Part shown: piece after piece, positions 46,713-60,183 of the stretch
How positions within the stretch are numbered: the stretch's first letter is position 1
Layout of the letters: each line of letters opens with the position of its first letter
Source: Paramoeba atlantica
Lineage: Eukaryota > Protista > Discosea
Assembly (NCBI GenBank): GCA_977017575.1
Contig: CDRNVI010000189.1
Span: 37,247-101,246 of the forward strand
Reading direction: 5' to 3'
Length of the DNA stretch: 64,000 bases
The notes under the pieces: model-generated
The model's input: the letters and a program-made list of their open reading frames with translations, nothing else
The model's database searches: none
What the model was told of the DNA's origin: nothing
Program-made: the position numbers and the translations under genes

Positions 46713-49016
46713 TCAAATGCAATGACGACACCAAAAACGTTGAGTTGGGTCAATTTTCTTTTTGATCTCCCTCAAAGTCTTGTAATTCTTCTCACCCCAA
46801 TAGACTTCCTCATAGTTGGGCATTTCGAGCGCACTTTCACTAAAATAAGCACCACGACCCAAACGCAAAGCCTCCTGAAGTTGCTTTTGAGTTGCCGTAA
46901 AATTGAAAAGATAATGAAAAAGATCAGATCTCATTCCCTCTGAAATTGAGACATTTTGTGGTTGTTGAGATCCAATATTTCCAGTGATATCTTGATACAA
47001 CTGCTGAGACCCACATCTTCCTGTTATTTTACATTGCAGAGCTTGATCAATCACATATTCAGCGAGAGTTCCATTTGTTGCAAATTCACGAGTTACAGTC
47101 GTTGAAGGAATTCCACCAACAGTATCTCCAGGAATAATTGGCCAAGTTTCAACAGGATAGATTGGGTCTACTGCCTCAGTGAGAAGTTTCTGGGCCCAAC
47201 TGTCCCAATGAGAGGTATTGGTTTCATGAATTCCACCAATAGCACTCAAATTATTCAAAGCGTATTGAAATTCAGGATCAGTCTCAGCTCCTTGGAAAAC
47301 ATAACTGATCAGACCAAACCAGCTAACGCCACATGATGCAGGAGAATCGCTTTTTTGAGTCGTAAAGTATGCCAATCCTCCCCAACGTGTGTCTTTATCA
47401 AGGGTCCATTGAATGTACTCAGTAATCAGTTTTTCAAAGAAACCCAAATTGTTTGGTCCTCGTTCACAAAAGGTCCCATTCCACACTGAAGCAGATGTTG
47501 TGACACCTTCTGCAGGGTTTTCGTGAGTTCGAACTGTGATTGATGTGATAATTCCCCAAGTTGATCCTCCTCCACCACGAAGTGCCCAATACACATCAGT
47601 ATTTTGTTGGGAGTTTGCAACAAGAACATCACCAGCAGCAGTGATCATTTCCACCTTTTTCAAAAACAATCAAATCAATGGTGGGTAAGAGAGATTTGAG
47701 AGAGAGAAGATAAAAAAGAAACCTCAACAACATTATCAACACCAAGACCAGCAGAAGGAGCAAAAGGACCATGTCCTCCTCCAATACTCCAACCCACAAT
47801 CCCAACAGTGCTGATATTGGAAGAAAAATTTGAGAAAAAAACCCAAAAGAAAAAATAAAAAAAAAACCCAAAAGAAAAGAGAAATAAATCGAAAATAAAT
47901 CGAAAATAAAATGTAAAAATGAAAGACACAAAACTTAACCCAACCACTCGCAATATAACGATTACGAGTGATAGCAAAAGCTTGAAGTTCATCAAACACG
48001 TTTCCAGGACCAATTCGCAAGTGGTTTTGATCACCATCAACCCATTCAATATCTTTAAAAAGTCCCATTCGAATGAAAAGAGAATCTTCACAACTGTGTC
48101 TGTTCAGGTAGTCATGTCCAGTTCCTATTTTTTTTTGTCATTTTTAATTTATTTCTTTTTTGAGAATTCAATTTTACAAGAAAAGAGAAGAAAAGAAAAG
48201 AAAAGAGAAGAAAGAAAAAAGAAAAAAGAAAAAAGAAACCAGCAACTGAAACACAAAGATCATGATCATTTGCAAACTGGATTAATGTTTGGATATGTTG
48301 AACAGTGAGAGGCCAAACAACAAACGCTGGAACAGATCCATTCAATGGATTGTTTCGAGTTGATGCACGACAATAATCTGAACCATAAAATCCTGATATT
48401 TCAGAACTCAAATCCATCTCACCATAAAGAGAAGAAGAAGAAGATGGAGAGAAAGAAGAAGAAGAAGAAGATCCAAATGGGAGAGAAGGGGAATCCTTGG
48501 AAAGTCGTGGTGGTGATGATGGAGTGGGAGCAAAACAAGGAGTATTGAAATCATCACCAGATGGTTGATAAAGAGGATCCATTGATTGTTCTCCAAGTCC
48601 AAAGAGTGGTTGGTGATTAGGGCTGAAAATTGGAGTTGGACCAACACGTCGATATCCTGGACCTGATGAAAAAGAGAGAGAAAAAAAATAAGTATTCATT
48701 CAAAACCAACCCTAATCAACACCAACCAACACAACCCCTCTTTTTCTCTCTTCAATCTCTCTCTTCAATCTCTCTCTCTCTCTCTCTCTCTCATCTCAAG
48801 TTTTGTTTGAAGTTGCGTCATCCAAAAAAGAATCGTTCAAAGAGGAAAGATACCTTGCCAGTAGTAAAAACGAGGAGCGGATGGATCAAGAGAATTCACA
48901 AGTTCTTGGACTTCATCAGATGAAGGCCAGCAATCTTCACCAGGATGGCAATATTGTCGCTCTCCCACAGACCAACGAGCGCAGAAAAGAAAGACCAAAA
49001 CAAATCGAAATAACAT
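46713..49016 (-). CDS. Secreted FAD-linked oxidoreductase (PCMH plus BBE), copy 2; inverted duplicate of 33811..36212
   Basis: Near-identical reverse complement including introns. Similarity starts just before the ATG and ends at the stop codon. Confidence 0.9.
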
Positions 49017-49252
49017 CCTCAACCAACCACAACACAAAAAGAACAGAAAAAGGGATTTGTGTCCTTGGGGAGAGCCTTTTCCCTTTCACACCAAGACTGA
49101 TGAAGTGTGTCGTCGTCCAACTTCGAAAAATAAAGGTTTCGTTGGAAAAGGTTGAGGAGCACTGGTCCGGTCCCAAAAAGAAAGAGAACCTTTTTGGGCT
49201 TTTCCGGAAGAAAAAGAGACTTGTGTTTCAATTTTTGAACAAAAATCTTCGT

Positions 49253-50791
49253 TTATTTTCTGGAGATTCGAAAAAAAGGATTTTTAGCTCTCGTATTGCA
49301 AGATTGGGTGCACGACGGACAATCATTTGTCTCATAAGAACCATCAAAATTATAACCAGTAATATTCAAGCACTCCACCAAACAAAGACAAGATTCTTCT
49401 GTTGGATCAATCTGGGAAGAATAAATACAACATTCAAAAGAAGAATACTTACAAACCCCACACGAAAATTGTGTCACATTACAACAATCTGGCAAAGGAC
49501 AATCCCAGGGATTGGCAGTCAAGTCCAACTTCTCAACAGAACAAAATGTTGACGGAACTGTCCCATTCAGGGAATTATTGTTCAAATGCAAAACACGAGT
49601 TGGCGGATTGTCTGAAAGAGAAGGAGGAATCTCTCCTGAAAATTGATTAAAATCAATTCGAAACGACAAAAGGTTTTTCAAAGAAGAGAAAAAGTTTGGA
49701 ATGGATCCACTGAGACGATTGGCAGTAAAATGAAGACTTTCAGCAGAACGAAGACCTCCAAGAGCCAATGATAAACCCCCAACCAAATTATTTTTGCTCA
49801 TTTCCATCGAAATTAACTGATTTAACGAGCCAAGTGAAGAAGGAAGTCCACCAGTCAGATTATTGGCAGCAAGTTGTAATGAAATTACAGAAACACCTTC
49901 TTTATCACATGTGACACCATACCAAGGTCGAATGAAATCGCAAGGGGAAGTAGGTTGAAGCCAATTTGTTTTTAAGAACCATCGTGAGCCTTCTGTCTGA
50001 TGGTACAGCTCTTCCAACACATGACGTTCGGAAAGAGATGGAACAGGAGATGGTTGTGGAGACGGAACAGGAGATGGTTGTGAAGATGGAACAAGAGTTG
50101 GAACAGGAGTCGGAACAGGAGTCAGAACAGGAGATGGAGATGGAAGAGGAATAGGAGATGGAATAGGAGAGGGAGACGTAGTTGGAGATGGAACAGGAGT
50201 TGGAACAGGAGTCAGAACAGGAGTTGGAACAGGAGTCAGAACAGGAAATGGAGATGGAAAAGGAACAGGAGATGGAAGAGGAGATGGAAGAGGATTAGGA
50301 GATGGAATAGGAATAGGAGACGGAATGGGAAAGCCGGGTAGCCCGGTTGAACATCCTGGGCCAAAAATTGGGTTGTTCGTTTCTGGGGGGTATCGATAAG
50401 TCTCACCATTTGATGGATCTGTCCATTCATAGTAACTCAGAAAATCCTTATAGTCAGTAGAATTCCATTTTGCATCTTTGATGTCGACTGTGACTGGCAT
50501 CTCAATGACATTCACAGATCCAGATGAAAATTGACACCCTGTTCGACCATTGTCATACACCAGTCCACAAGTATTTCCTTGGTTGCAACCACAAGTTACA
50601 GTTCCTCCAAGATCTGGACAAACATAAAAAAAGAGAGGAAAAGTTGAGGGATTGGCACCATCTTGGACAAGTGAGTATCTCACAAAGGTTCCATCACCTT
50701 TGATATCGTCGACTGTCGATTGGAGATCAAGAAAAAAGTTCTGTGACTGGACGAGAACGAAGAGGGAGAACAAGACGAACGAACGAAACAT
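49253..50791 (-). CDS. Secreted protein: same N-domain as 44856..46418, Pro-rich linker, plant-type LRR block, Cys-rich C-terminus
   Basis: 512-aa ORF; LRRNT-like LEELYHQTEG..W..KTNW..PC..WYGVTC; LxLxxNxLxGxxP repeats; LTANPWDCPLPDCC cap; no TM helix. Confidence 0.88.
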   Translation of the reverse strand: MFRSFVLFSLFVLVQSQNFFLDLQSTVDDIKGDGTFVRYSLVQDGANPSTFPLFFYVCPDLGGTVTCGCNQGNTCGLVYDNGRTGCQFSSGSVNVIEMPVTVDIKDAKWNSTDYKDFLSYYEWTDPSNGETYRYPPETNNPIFGPGCSTGLPGFPIPSPIPIPSPNPLPSPLPSPVPFPSPFPVLTPVPTPVLTPVPTPVPSPTTSPSPIPSPIPLPSPSPVLTPVPTPVPTLVPSSQPSPVPSPQPSPVPSLSERHVLEELYHQTEGSRWFLKTNWLQPTSPCDFIRPWYGVTCDKEGVSVISLQLAANNLTGGLPSSLGSLNQLISMEMSKNNLVGGLSLALGGLRSAESLHFTANRLSGSIPNFFSSLKNLLSFRIDFNQFSGEIPPSLSDNPPTRVLHLNNNSLNGTVPSTFCSVEKLDLTANPWDCPLPDCCNVTQFSCGVCKYSSFECCIYSSQIDPTEESCLCLVECLNITGYNFDGSYETNDCPSCTQSCNTRAKNPFFRISRK

Positions 50792-51131
50792 CTTCTTTCG
50801 AAAAGAATTTCTCTTTGAAGATGGCTCAGATTGAAACTCAAATGTCAGATGGCGGTCGAACGGGGCAACTGAGTTCTCCTCTTTTAGGGAAAGGTGATTT
50901 CTTCAACAAAACCAATTTTATCTAAATATATTTATTTTCGGCGAATGAATGATTCAGCGTGCTGACGTTCACTTACCAAAACTTTTTCTTTGCTTTTTCT
51001 TCTTTTTTCAAATCTTTTTTCGATCAGGCGCAAGATTCGTTCCACGTTCGGTCAGATTTTCTTTGTGTCTTCATTTTGGTTTGGGAGTCCTCCCTTTGCA
51101 AACTCAAGATTTGTTTTTCCAAAGAGCAGGG

Positions 51132-54100
51132 ATGATGCGTTCTTTTTTGGTCTTGTTTTCTGTTTTCTGTTTGGTCCTTGGGGATGAAAGTATTGTTATC
51201 TATGATGGTGTGACAGGAGAGCTCGAAAATGCATTTCAAGATTGGAGGTGATTTTTTTTTTCTTCCTTCTTTCTTTTTGTCTGGTTTTTTGCTGAATCAA
51301 TTTCAAGTTGGGCCACAGTCAACTTGAAAGATCAGGCTTATGTTGCCCCAGGAGATCAATTCAGTTGGAGTTTCGTCGTTCAGGATTATCAGGCACTTTA
51401 CATTGATGGCTCCTTTGGTGCGTTTCACACTTTGTCTCATCTGGCTTTTCTTGTCAACGGGGGCAAGTACGTTTTTTTTTTCTCCTCCTTTATTTTTTTC
51501 TTTGTTGAACAAAGTTTGTGACAAAAATGTTTCCACCAGAAACGGATCTCAACCCGTTCACCTGTCAATTTTAAATGACCGGGGGGTAGTTGGTAATTCA
51601 GTGGACCTGGAGGACTATCTTCCAGACAAAGTTCTCACAGCAAATGAGGTTTCAAAGAGAATATTTTTTGTTCATCTTTTTTTGGCTTCTTTCATTTTTT
51701 TTTCTAAAAAATCACATGCAGTGGCAAACAGTTTCTGTTCCTTTCAAAGATTTTGATCAACAAGGTGCAATTGAGAAAGATTCACGGTGAATTTTGTTTC
51801 CCTCTGTTTCTTTTTCTTTCAAGTTTTATCTTAATTTGAAATCAAAATAGAATCAGAGGAGTATGGTTTCAAGCAAGTACACCGGATAATGCTGGGACTG
51901 TTTATCTTGATGATATTAACTTTTCCGTTCTTGGTGACGCCTCGATGGCTACGATTAAGGTAACTCTCTTCCAAACAAAAAGAGGGAGAAGAATAGGAGA
52001 AGAAATGTATTTTTAACTGATAGATATTTTCACTTTTGAACAGATCGATAAGAGCATTCAGAAAACAGTGTCTCCTTTGATCTTTGGGGTCAACTTAGGA
52101 GATGACACTGAGTTAATTGCTTCCAATAAATACACTCTCAACCGTCGGGGTGGCAATGAAGCCAGTCGGTACAATTGGCAAGTATTTATTCTTTTTTTCA
52201 ATTTTTTTCCTCTGTTTTCGTTTTTTCATCAAGTTTTTTTTAGACTTCATCATCGAATCAAGGACAAGATTGGTATTTTGAGAATGTTGTCGATTCGATT
52301 CAAACATCCAATGGATCTTCGTTCTCTTCTCTTTCATTCTTTTTCTCTTGTTCTCTCTCTCTCTCTCTAATCCTTCTCTTTTATTAGAGCAGATGACTTT
52401 ATTAACACAACTTTGAATGCTGGAGCCCAACCTGTCTTGACCTTCCCAACAATTGGTTTTTCTTTTCTTCCTTTTCTTCTTTTCATCATTTAGTGGGTGG
52501 AGATTAAAACAACTAATTTGTAAAACAAGGTTTTGTTTCTAAAAATCGAGACCCTACTGTCTGTGGTTTTTCGGTCGCAAAATATGGAGAACAGCAGAGC
52601 GAGAATAACGGATGTGGAAACGGCATTTTCCCAGTTTGAATTTTTTCTCATCATTATCACAAGAAGAAATTTTTTCCTGTTTAAATAGTAATATGGTGAA
52701 CACAGAATGGAAGTTACGTTACAAATAATGACCCCGCTGATACTTCAATTGTGTACCCATTTTATTGCTTATAATTTAATATTCTCCTTGATTTTAGATT
52801 ATTGACGTTCTTTTGTCACGCACACCACAAAAACATCAAAAATATTTTTTTCGATCTTATTAAAAATCACTTAAACTAGGCGACTCCAGACTCAAATCTT
52901 GATTGGTTAAGTCATCTTCTGGAGACCTTCGGTCTGGATGTGACTCAAAATCTTATTGCTGATTTGGATAACGAGCCTTCTCTTTGGAGTGTTCTCTTTT
53001 CCTATTCTTGTGTTCATACTTTACCCCCCTTCAATTTTCTTTTGTTTTTAATTTGGATTCACAGAACATGCATCGCGACATCCACCCCAGTCTTGTGGGT
53101 TATGATGAGATTTGGAATCGAACTGGTTTTTATTTTCTTGTGCTCACTGCCTTTTTCTTCTTCATTCCCCATTCTCACCATCAAAACTAAATACTTTAGT
53201 TGAATATGCCTTGCCAATCAAACAACAACCCAATTTCAGTCCAGTCCAGCTAATGGGCCCCGTTTTGGGAGATTGGTGCAGTTTTATGTTCTCTGGAATC
53301 GATGGTTGTCGTGACGGACCAGATCGGGAAGCTCATGGTGATTTACCTCAGCTTGAGTGGTTTATCAAGTTTCTCTTTTCTTTTTGAATTGTTTTTTCCT
53401 TCAGTTTCTTTGATCTTATTTTTTTTTCAACAAGACAACTGGGCGAGTATGAAAATCAGACAGGAATTCGATTGATCGATATCATTGATATTCATTTCTT
53501 CCCACAAGAGCTAAATGTCGTTTCAAGGTTTTTCTCGCTATCTTGAGGAGATTTGGGAGAATTTTTTTAAACTAATGACCGAGTTTTTTTTCAGTCAAGA
53601 GGATCCTGAAACTATTGCTTTGCGACTTCAATCAACAAGGAGTCTTTGGGATCCCTCCTATATTGGTTTTTTTTTTTTTCGAATTTTTTCTTTTTTTGAG
53701 ATCCCTTTTTTTGGTTTGCCTTTTTTTTTTTTGATAATGAAGAATACAGACCAGAGCTGGATTAATGAACCAATTTACATTCTCCCACGAGTTCAGTATT
53801 GGATCGACCAATATAGTCCCGGACTCAAAATTTCTGTTTCTGAATATAGTTGGGGATTTGATGATATTGCGACTGCTGCTGTTGCTGATGCTGAGGTATT
53901 TTTTGATTCAGTATCTTTTGTTGAGTTTGTACAATTTAAAATGGAACAATTTACCTGTTTAATGTGGTTTAGGTTTTGGCTATTTTTGCTCGAGAGGGCG
54001 TTTCAGTTGGTGCGAAATGGCAGATTCCAACCTCTGGTTCCTGGGCCGAAGAGAGTTTTGCTATCTTCTTGAATTATGATGGAAATGGAAGCTCTGTTCC

Positions 54101-54757
54101 CCTTACGAGCATTGGTGCTTTCTCGAATGACGTGGTTTCTCTCCTTTCTTTTTTTATGTAAATGAATCAAAAAAAGAGGAACAATTGACAAGAAACAGTC
54201 TTTAATTTACAATCACACCCAAAAAATTATTGTGTGCTGTTTGTTCCCTCTCTTCTTTCTTCTCATTTTAAATTTCTTTCTTCAGGATTTTCTTCCAGCT
54301 TACAGCTTCGCTGGGGAGAAAGGAAATTATGTCTTGTTGATTAACAAAAATCCAACCACCCGGGTTTGCAAAGTTCCTTTAATTTAAACAGAAGAGAAAG
54401 GAAATGAACGAAGAGAGAAAAACAAAAAACAAAAAAGACTAAAATAGAATATTGGAAAATAGGATGTGCAAGTGGATTTGTCTGATGATTTGTCTGGGCA
54501 AGTTGATACTTATTCTTTTTGTCCTGACCATCGCCTTAGTCAAACCAATTCTGGTTTTTGAATTTTCTTTTTTTTTTTCTCTTTTGTTTTTTGTTTTGTT
54601 TCTTGATTTTTTTTCAAAATCTTCTTTCTTTATTCTTTCTTTCTTCAATTTCACTCTCCATTGATTCTCAAACAAAATAGGTTCATATCAACAAGGAAAG
54701 TACCAGACAACTCTGGAAGCTTATTCTGCTTCTTTGTTGGTCTTCCAAAACAATTAA
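51132..54757 (+). CDS. Secreted glycoside hydrolase family 44 (endoglucanase/xyloglucanase) with an N-terminal CBM-like domain (many exons)
   Basis: Signal peptide; VSPLIFGVN; RRGGNEASRYNWQ; NQGQDWYFEN; LDNEP; HRDIHP; IDIIDIHFFP; RLQSTRSLWDPSY; GLKISVSEY; IFAREGV. These are GH44 motifs, including both catalytic Glu contexts (NEP, SEY). Confidence 0.85.
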
Positions 54758-55025
54758 CAAAAATAATTGGATTTGATTTCGTTTTTTTTTCGAATCAGGA
54801 TGGTTAAAAAAATAAACCTTTTTTTTTGATGTGAAATTTGTGAAATTCACTTTTTTGTTGCCTGTTTTTTCGCTTCTTTTTGGCGCAATTTTCCACCGGT
54901 TTGAAAAACCTTTTTACCACTTTTTTTGGGGACTTTTTCTTTATCTTTTTCTCTTCAATTCATTTTCTTTGAAAGAAAATCTCCTTGTTTTCTCTTTTTC
55001 TTTTCTTTCTTTTCTCAAAAAATTA

Positions 55026-56218
55026 ATGTCCACAAAAAAGAAAGAAGAAGAAGGAGATTCTGTTGATCATCTTGATGATCGAATTATCGTCTCTGGTGCT
55101 GATGTTATGTCACACGCTGATGAACATCAAAGGTTGGTCATTCCAAAAGAGAGAAGAGAAAGAAAGGGGAAGAGAAAAGAGGGAAGACAAAAGGAAGAAG
55201 AATGGAATAATTTATCTCTTTTTGTTTCTCTCTCTTCTCTCTCTTCTCTCTTTCAGAAATTGTACAGGAGAATACGTCCAAGTTGGAATAAGAAATGAAA
55301 AATATTGTTTTTCTCGAATCAAAGATGGCAAAGTTTGGAAAGGAGCCATCTTTTATCAAGATCCTTATTGGAAGATTTGTCGAAATGGTCATGGAATGAA
55401 TTGTTATGGTTGGAATTTTAGTCAACAACCTTTGGTTTTTATTTTCTTTTTTCTTTTTTCTTTTTCTTTTTTTTCTTTTTTTTTCTTTTCTTTTTTTTCT
55501 TTTCTTTTTTCGATTTTTTTTTTGATTTTTTCTATATTTTTATTTGTTGTGGAAAGAAAAACAATTTAATTTTGGATGATAAAACATGATTTTAATTTTT
55601 AAAGAAGAAACAGTTTATTATTTTGTTTTTTCAAGATCTTTATTGGAGGTATCAATTATGTTGTAATTTTGATCCAATTTTTTTTGTTATTTTTATGAAT
55701 CAAAGAAAAACTTCAAAGTTTGACAAAAATCAATTTCTATTTTGAACAACAAGATCTCAGAAAGAAAATCATCTTTTTCAAAAATTCAGTTCAAAAAAAA
55801 TTGCTTCTCATTTTTATTTTATGTAAAAGGAACAAACATCAATGTATCCACCTTTTGGGAAATGGGAAAAACTCAACTCATCAGAGAATGATCATCCTCG
55901 AGATATTGATTATTCGAATCTCCATCTTGAACAAATGGTTTTTTTTTGTTTTTTTTTGTTTTTTGTTTTTTTTTGTTTATTATGATTGTTTTTTTTGTTT
56001 TTTTTTTTGTTTGTTTTTTGTTTTTTGTTTTTCTTGTTTGTTTTATTTTCTTGTTTCTTTCCTTTTTCTTTTTTTGGATTTTATTTGGGAATTCATAATT
56101 TGTTTTGATTCAATTCTTATTTTTTATTCAATCATTCGATTAGACAAATCGATTTTTCTAATCTCTTTCATTTGTTCCTTAGAGTGGAGTTAACATTAAA
56201 CCAGCAAAAAGAGGATGA
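55026..56218 (+). CDS. Small hypothetical protein (5 exons)
   Basis: Phase-consistent exons: MSTKKKEEE..HQR|NCTGEYVQVG..QQPL|IFIGGINYV|EQTSMYPPFGKW..EQM|SGVNIKPAKRG*. Confidence 0.5.
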
Positions 56219-56401
56219 TATATTTAATTTTTCTTGACAAAACAAAAAATTATTTTGAAACATCAAGAAAAAAGAGATCATGAGAGAGGAATAAGAACCA
56301 AACAGATCAGGAAAGAGAAGAAGGAAAGAAAACACCAAATTTTTCTTTCATTTTCTCATTGAATTTTTCTTTCTTTTTCAGAATAATAAAAATTGTTTTC
56401 T

Positions 56402-59400
56402 TTAGCCATTTCCACCATGAAACAAAGACTGAGATTTTTCATAGAGACAATCCTTGTCAAAGTCACAAATATTAGAGCTTAAACTTTTAAAAACAAATCT
56501 TCTCTTTCTTTTTCTCTCATTTTCTCTCTCTCTCTCTCTCTCTTCTCTCTCTTCTCTCCTCTTTCAGAAACAAAACAACACAAATCAAAAAAAACCTCAA
56601 CATAATCAGGATCCAAATTAAAAACAGACTCAAAATTCTGGACCAAAGAAAGACTTGGGAGAGGAACATGAAACATTGGAGTTTTATACCTTAGGTACCC
56701 ATTTATTGATTTTCCCACCATCTGTTTTTATTTATATTATTTTATTTTATTTTATTTTATTTTATTTTATTTTATTTATTTTATTTATTTTATTTATTTT
56801 ATTTATTTTATTTATTTATTTATTTATTTAGTAAATTAATATTATGAATATTTTCTTATTTTCTTCTTTATTTATTGTTATTATTTCTTTTTTTTTTTAT
56901 GTTCTCGTTATTCTTTAATGAGAGAAAGAGAGAGGAAACTAACCTCCATAAATTCGTAATTGAGTTTCTCCCCTTCAACAATCTTCTTATTTCCATCGTA
57001 CATAAATCGGAGTTCACGTAACTAAAAAAACCCAAGAATCTTGAGGACAAGAAAGGAGAAAAGAGAGAGAGAGAAAAGAAGAGAAAGGAAGAGAAAAGAA
57101 GAGAAAAGAAGAGAAAAGAAGAGAAAAGAAACTCATACTTTGGGGGCAAGCCATGGAAGTACAGGAGGAGTTGCCTTCTCAAGTAAAAGAATATATTCTT
57201 TGTAGTTCTTTTGTGGTGCTAAATAGCCTTCCATCTTTCTTGCTCTTCGAAGTGACTATTATTTTTTTTTTAGAAAAAGAGAGAAACAATATCATAAAGA
57301 GGGAGAAAAATTTACCTTATAATCAACAGAATACCAGAGTGGCTTTAGACGTTGGATACAAGCATTAGAAAGAACAGAAAGAACAGCGGCCATTCCCTCA
57401 AAATTATTCATCTTTTAAAAAAAGAATTAAAATTAAGAAAAAAAAAGAAAATCACCAACAGAATAATAAAATAAGAAGAAAATACAAGAAATAATAAGAA
57501 AAATCAAACATTTTTCAAAGACCTCGCCAACTCAATAATCTTAGTAAAATTATCAACACGTTCATGGACAGAAGGGGCGTCCAATACTTCACAAACTAAT
57601 AAAAATGAAATACGATTGAACAAAACACTCAATGCATTAATATGTGGAGCTCTTTCCATCCTTGCTTCTCCCTTAAAGAAAGAAAATCAGAATGAAAAGA
57701 AAGAATTAAAGAAATCAAATAAATAAATTCAACAAACAAGCAAAAAAAACAACAAAAAAACACCCAAACAAACAAACAAAAACAAACAAAAAGAACCTGC
57801 CAAGAACCATCATGCAACTCAGAAGGACCAATAGAACTAAAAACACGAAACATTACAAATGTAATACCATTCGCCAATTCTTGTACAGTGTAATCTCGAA
57901 ATAAACCAACTTCAAAACTCTCACAAAAGTTGGTTTTTGATTTTGGTAAAAATCCTGTCTATTTTTTTTTCATTTGAATTATTCATTAATTTTTCAAAGT
58001 CAAACATTTTTCAAACAAAAAATAGAGAAAGAATAATAAACCTCGACAATAGATCGATAGAAAGGCATTGCTGAATCCATTTCATTCTCGGAGTGACTTT
58101 TCAGTAATTGGAGCTTTATAAAAAGTTTTAAACATGAGAAGGAAGAGGATGGAAAAGAAAAGCAAGGAAAAAAAAAGCAAAACCTTCAAATGGTTCATCT
58201 GGTGGTCTTTCACTTTGCCCAAGAAAGAGGCAATCGTTCTATTGACGAAATAAACAAAACACCAAAACAAAACCCAAAATAGAATCCACCAACAAAAGGA
58301 CAAACAACAACAACAACAAACAACAAACAACAAACAACAAACAACAAACAACAAACAACAAACAACAAAAACAAAAACAACAAAAACAACAAATCATACA
58401 CTAATAGAAAAACAAACCGAAAAAACTTGGGATCCTGCCTCTCATACAAACCACCAGACAAAGAAAGCCAAATCTTCAAAATGAAACACATTGCCTCACA
58501 TTGCTCTCTCGCCCAAGTCTCAACAATAATCAAATCTTCAGGTGTTTGTAATGATCCCTTTCTTGAAAAAGAAGAAGAAGAAGAAGAAGAAGGAGAAGAA
58601 GGAGGAGATGTAGACGAATCACTTCTGGAAGTTATTTCTGAGCTTGAAGTTGATGAGTCGTCATCTTGAAGAGGACTCCTTTGGGAAGAAGGAGAAAGAA
58701 GGGGGGTGGGAGAAGGGGAATTGGTGATTGGTTTACTGTGGGGAGAGACTGGTAATCCTTCTTCTGTGAAAAAAGAGAGGAAAGAAATTTTGAATGTGCT
58801 GCACAAAAAAAAGACGTTTTGAAAAAAGAAAAAAGAAAAAAAAAGAGATACCAAGAGTGGAGGAAGCAAGTTGATATCGTGCTACACACTCATTGAATAA
58901 TTGTTCCTTATTTTATCCCAAAAGTCAAACAAAATAGAAACAACAAAAAAGCGAGAAGAGAGAAGAAGAAAAAAAAAAAACCTTCAAAATCCCAAAATTG
59001 GAAAAAGAACAAAAAAATTCAGAAATTTGAGACACACGATGATTTGAATAAAGAGAAATAACAAAAGAAGTAATCTCAGGAACCTCACTCGCCGAGAACA
59101 AAAACGGAGAAACTGGACCAGGAGACAGATCCACACCACCATGATCATGACTTTCCCTTCTTGAAGAAGAAGAAGAAGAGAAACTCAAAGAAGGAATATG
59201 ATGATGATGATGGTGGTGATGATGTTGAGTTTTCTTTGCAACATGAAAGTCATCGTGAGAGGTTTTGTTCTGTTGAGAAGAAGATTGTTTAATTATGGGC
59301 AATGAGTTTGTATTTGTTTGAGCTTTCACAGAAAGACCTCTTGGACGTGTCTTTTTTGAAAATCCAAAAGTATGAGAGTGATGGGGGGTCAACAAGTCAG

Positions 59401-59482
59401 TGGAAGAATGATGAGGAGAATGAGAAGAAGTATCAGAATGGTTTGGTGTTTTGCTGCGTTGAAGGATTTCTAACAAATGCAT
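56402..59482 (-). CDS. RasGEF (CDC25-domain) protein (multi-exon)
   Basis: QELANGITFVMFRVFSSIGPSEL..W; APHINALSVLFNRIS; MNNFEGMAAVL..IQRLKPLW; KNYKEY..PPVLPWL; LRELRFMYDGN. Start approximate. Confidence 0.85.
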
Positions 59483-60183
59483 GCTTCCGTGGTGATGGTG
59501 TTTGTGTTTTTTCTCTTCAACACGTTGTTTTTGTTCTTCCCTAAAAGAAAAAAGTCAACCACTCAAAGTTTTAAATCCAAAACAAACAGCAAAACAGAAA
59601 AAACCCAGAGATTTCATGGTCCATAATCGTAAAAATCAGATCTTCTCAAGAAGCAATTCAACAATTTCTTTTCTCTCTTTTTTTCTCTCGGACGTGTGAA
59701 TGCAAAAAAAAAACAAGATTTTGGAGAATTAGAACCGTGACACCCTCCGAAAAAAATTCCAAAAAAACTCTTCACGCACAAGCAAATGAAATTTCGACGA
59801 AATTTGTTGAGAGTTTTTTTCGTTTTAAGAGTTACGGCCCTGGGTACTTTTTTTTTGCCATTTTTTTTAGTTATTTTTTTCTGGTTTGTTCGACTGGGTT
59901 TTCGAGTTTTTCATTTTTTCTTTTGAGAAGAGAAGAGGATTTTTTTTTCTTTGTTCTTCCTTTCAGAACCAGTTCGGTTCTTTTCTTCTGAAGAAAAAAG
60001 ACACAAGCAAATTAGACGAAACATGAACGAAATTTCAAGAAAATTTCAAAAGCGCCCCCAATGAGGGTCTTTCTTTTGTAACTTTTTTCGAGGTTTCTTT
60101 TTTTGTTTTTGTGAATTTTTATTCCATTCCATTTGTTTGGTTCTGTCATTGTGTTGTAGAGTTCGCTTTTTGGTTTGAAAAGG

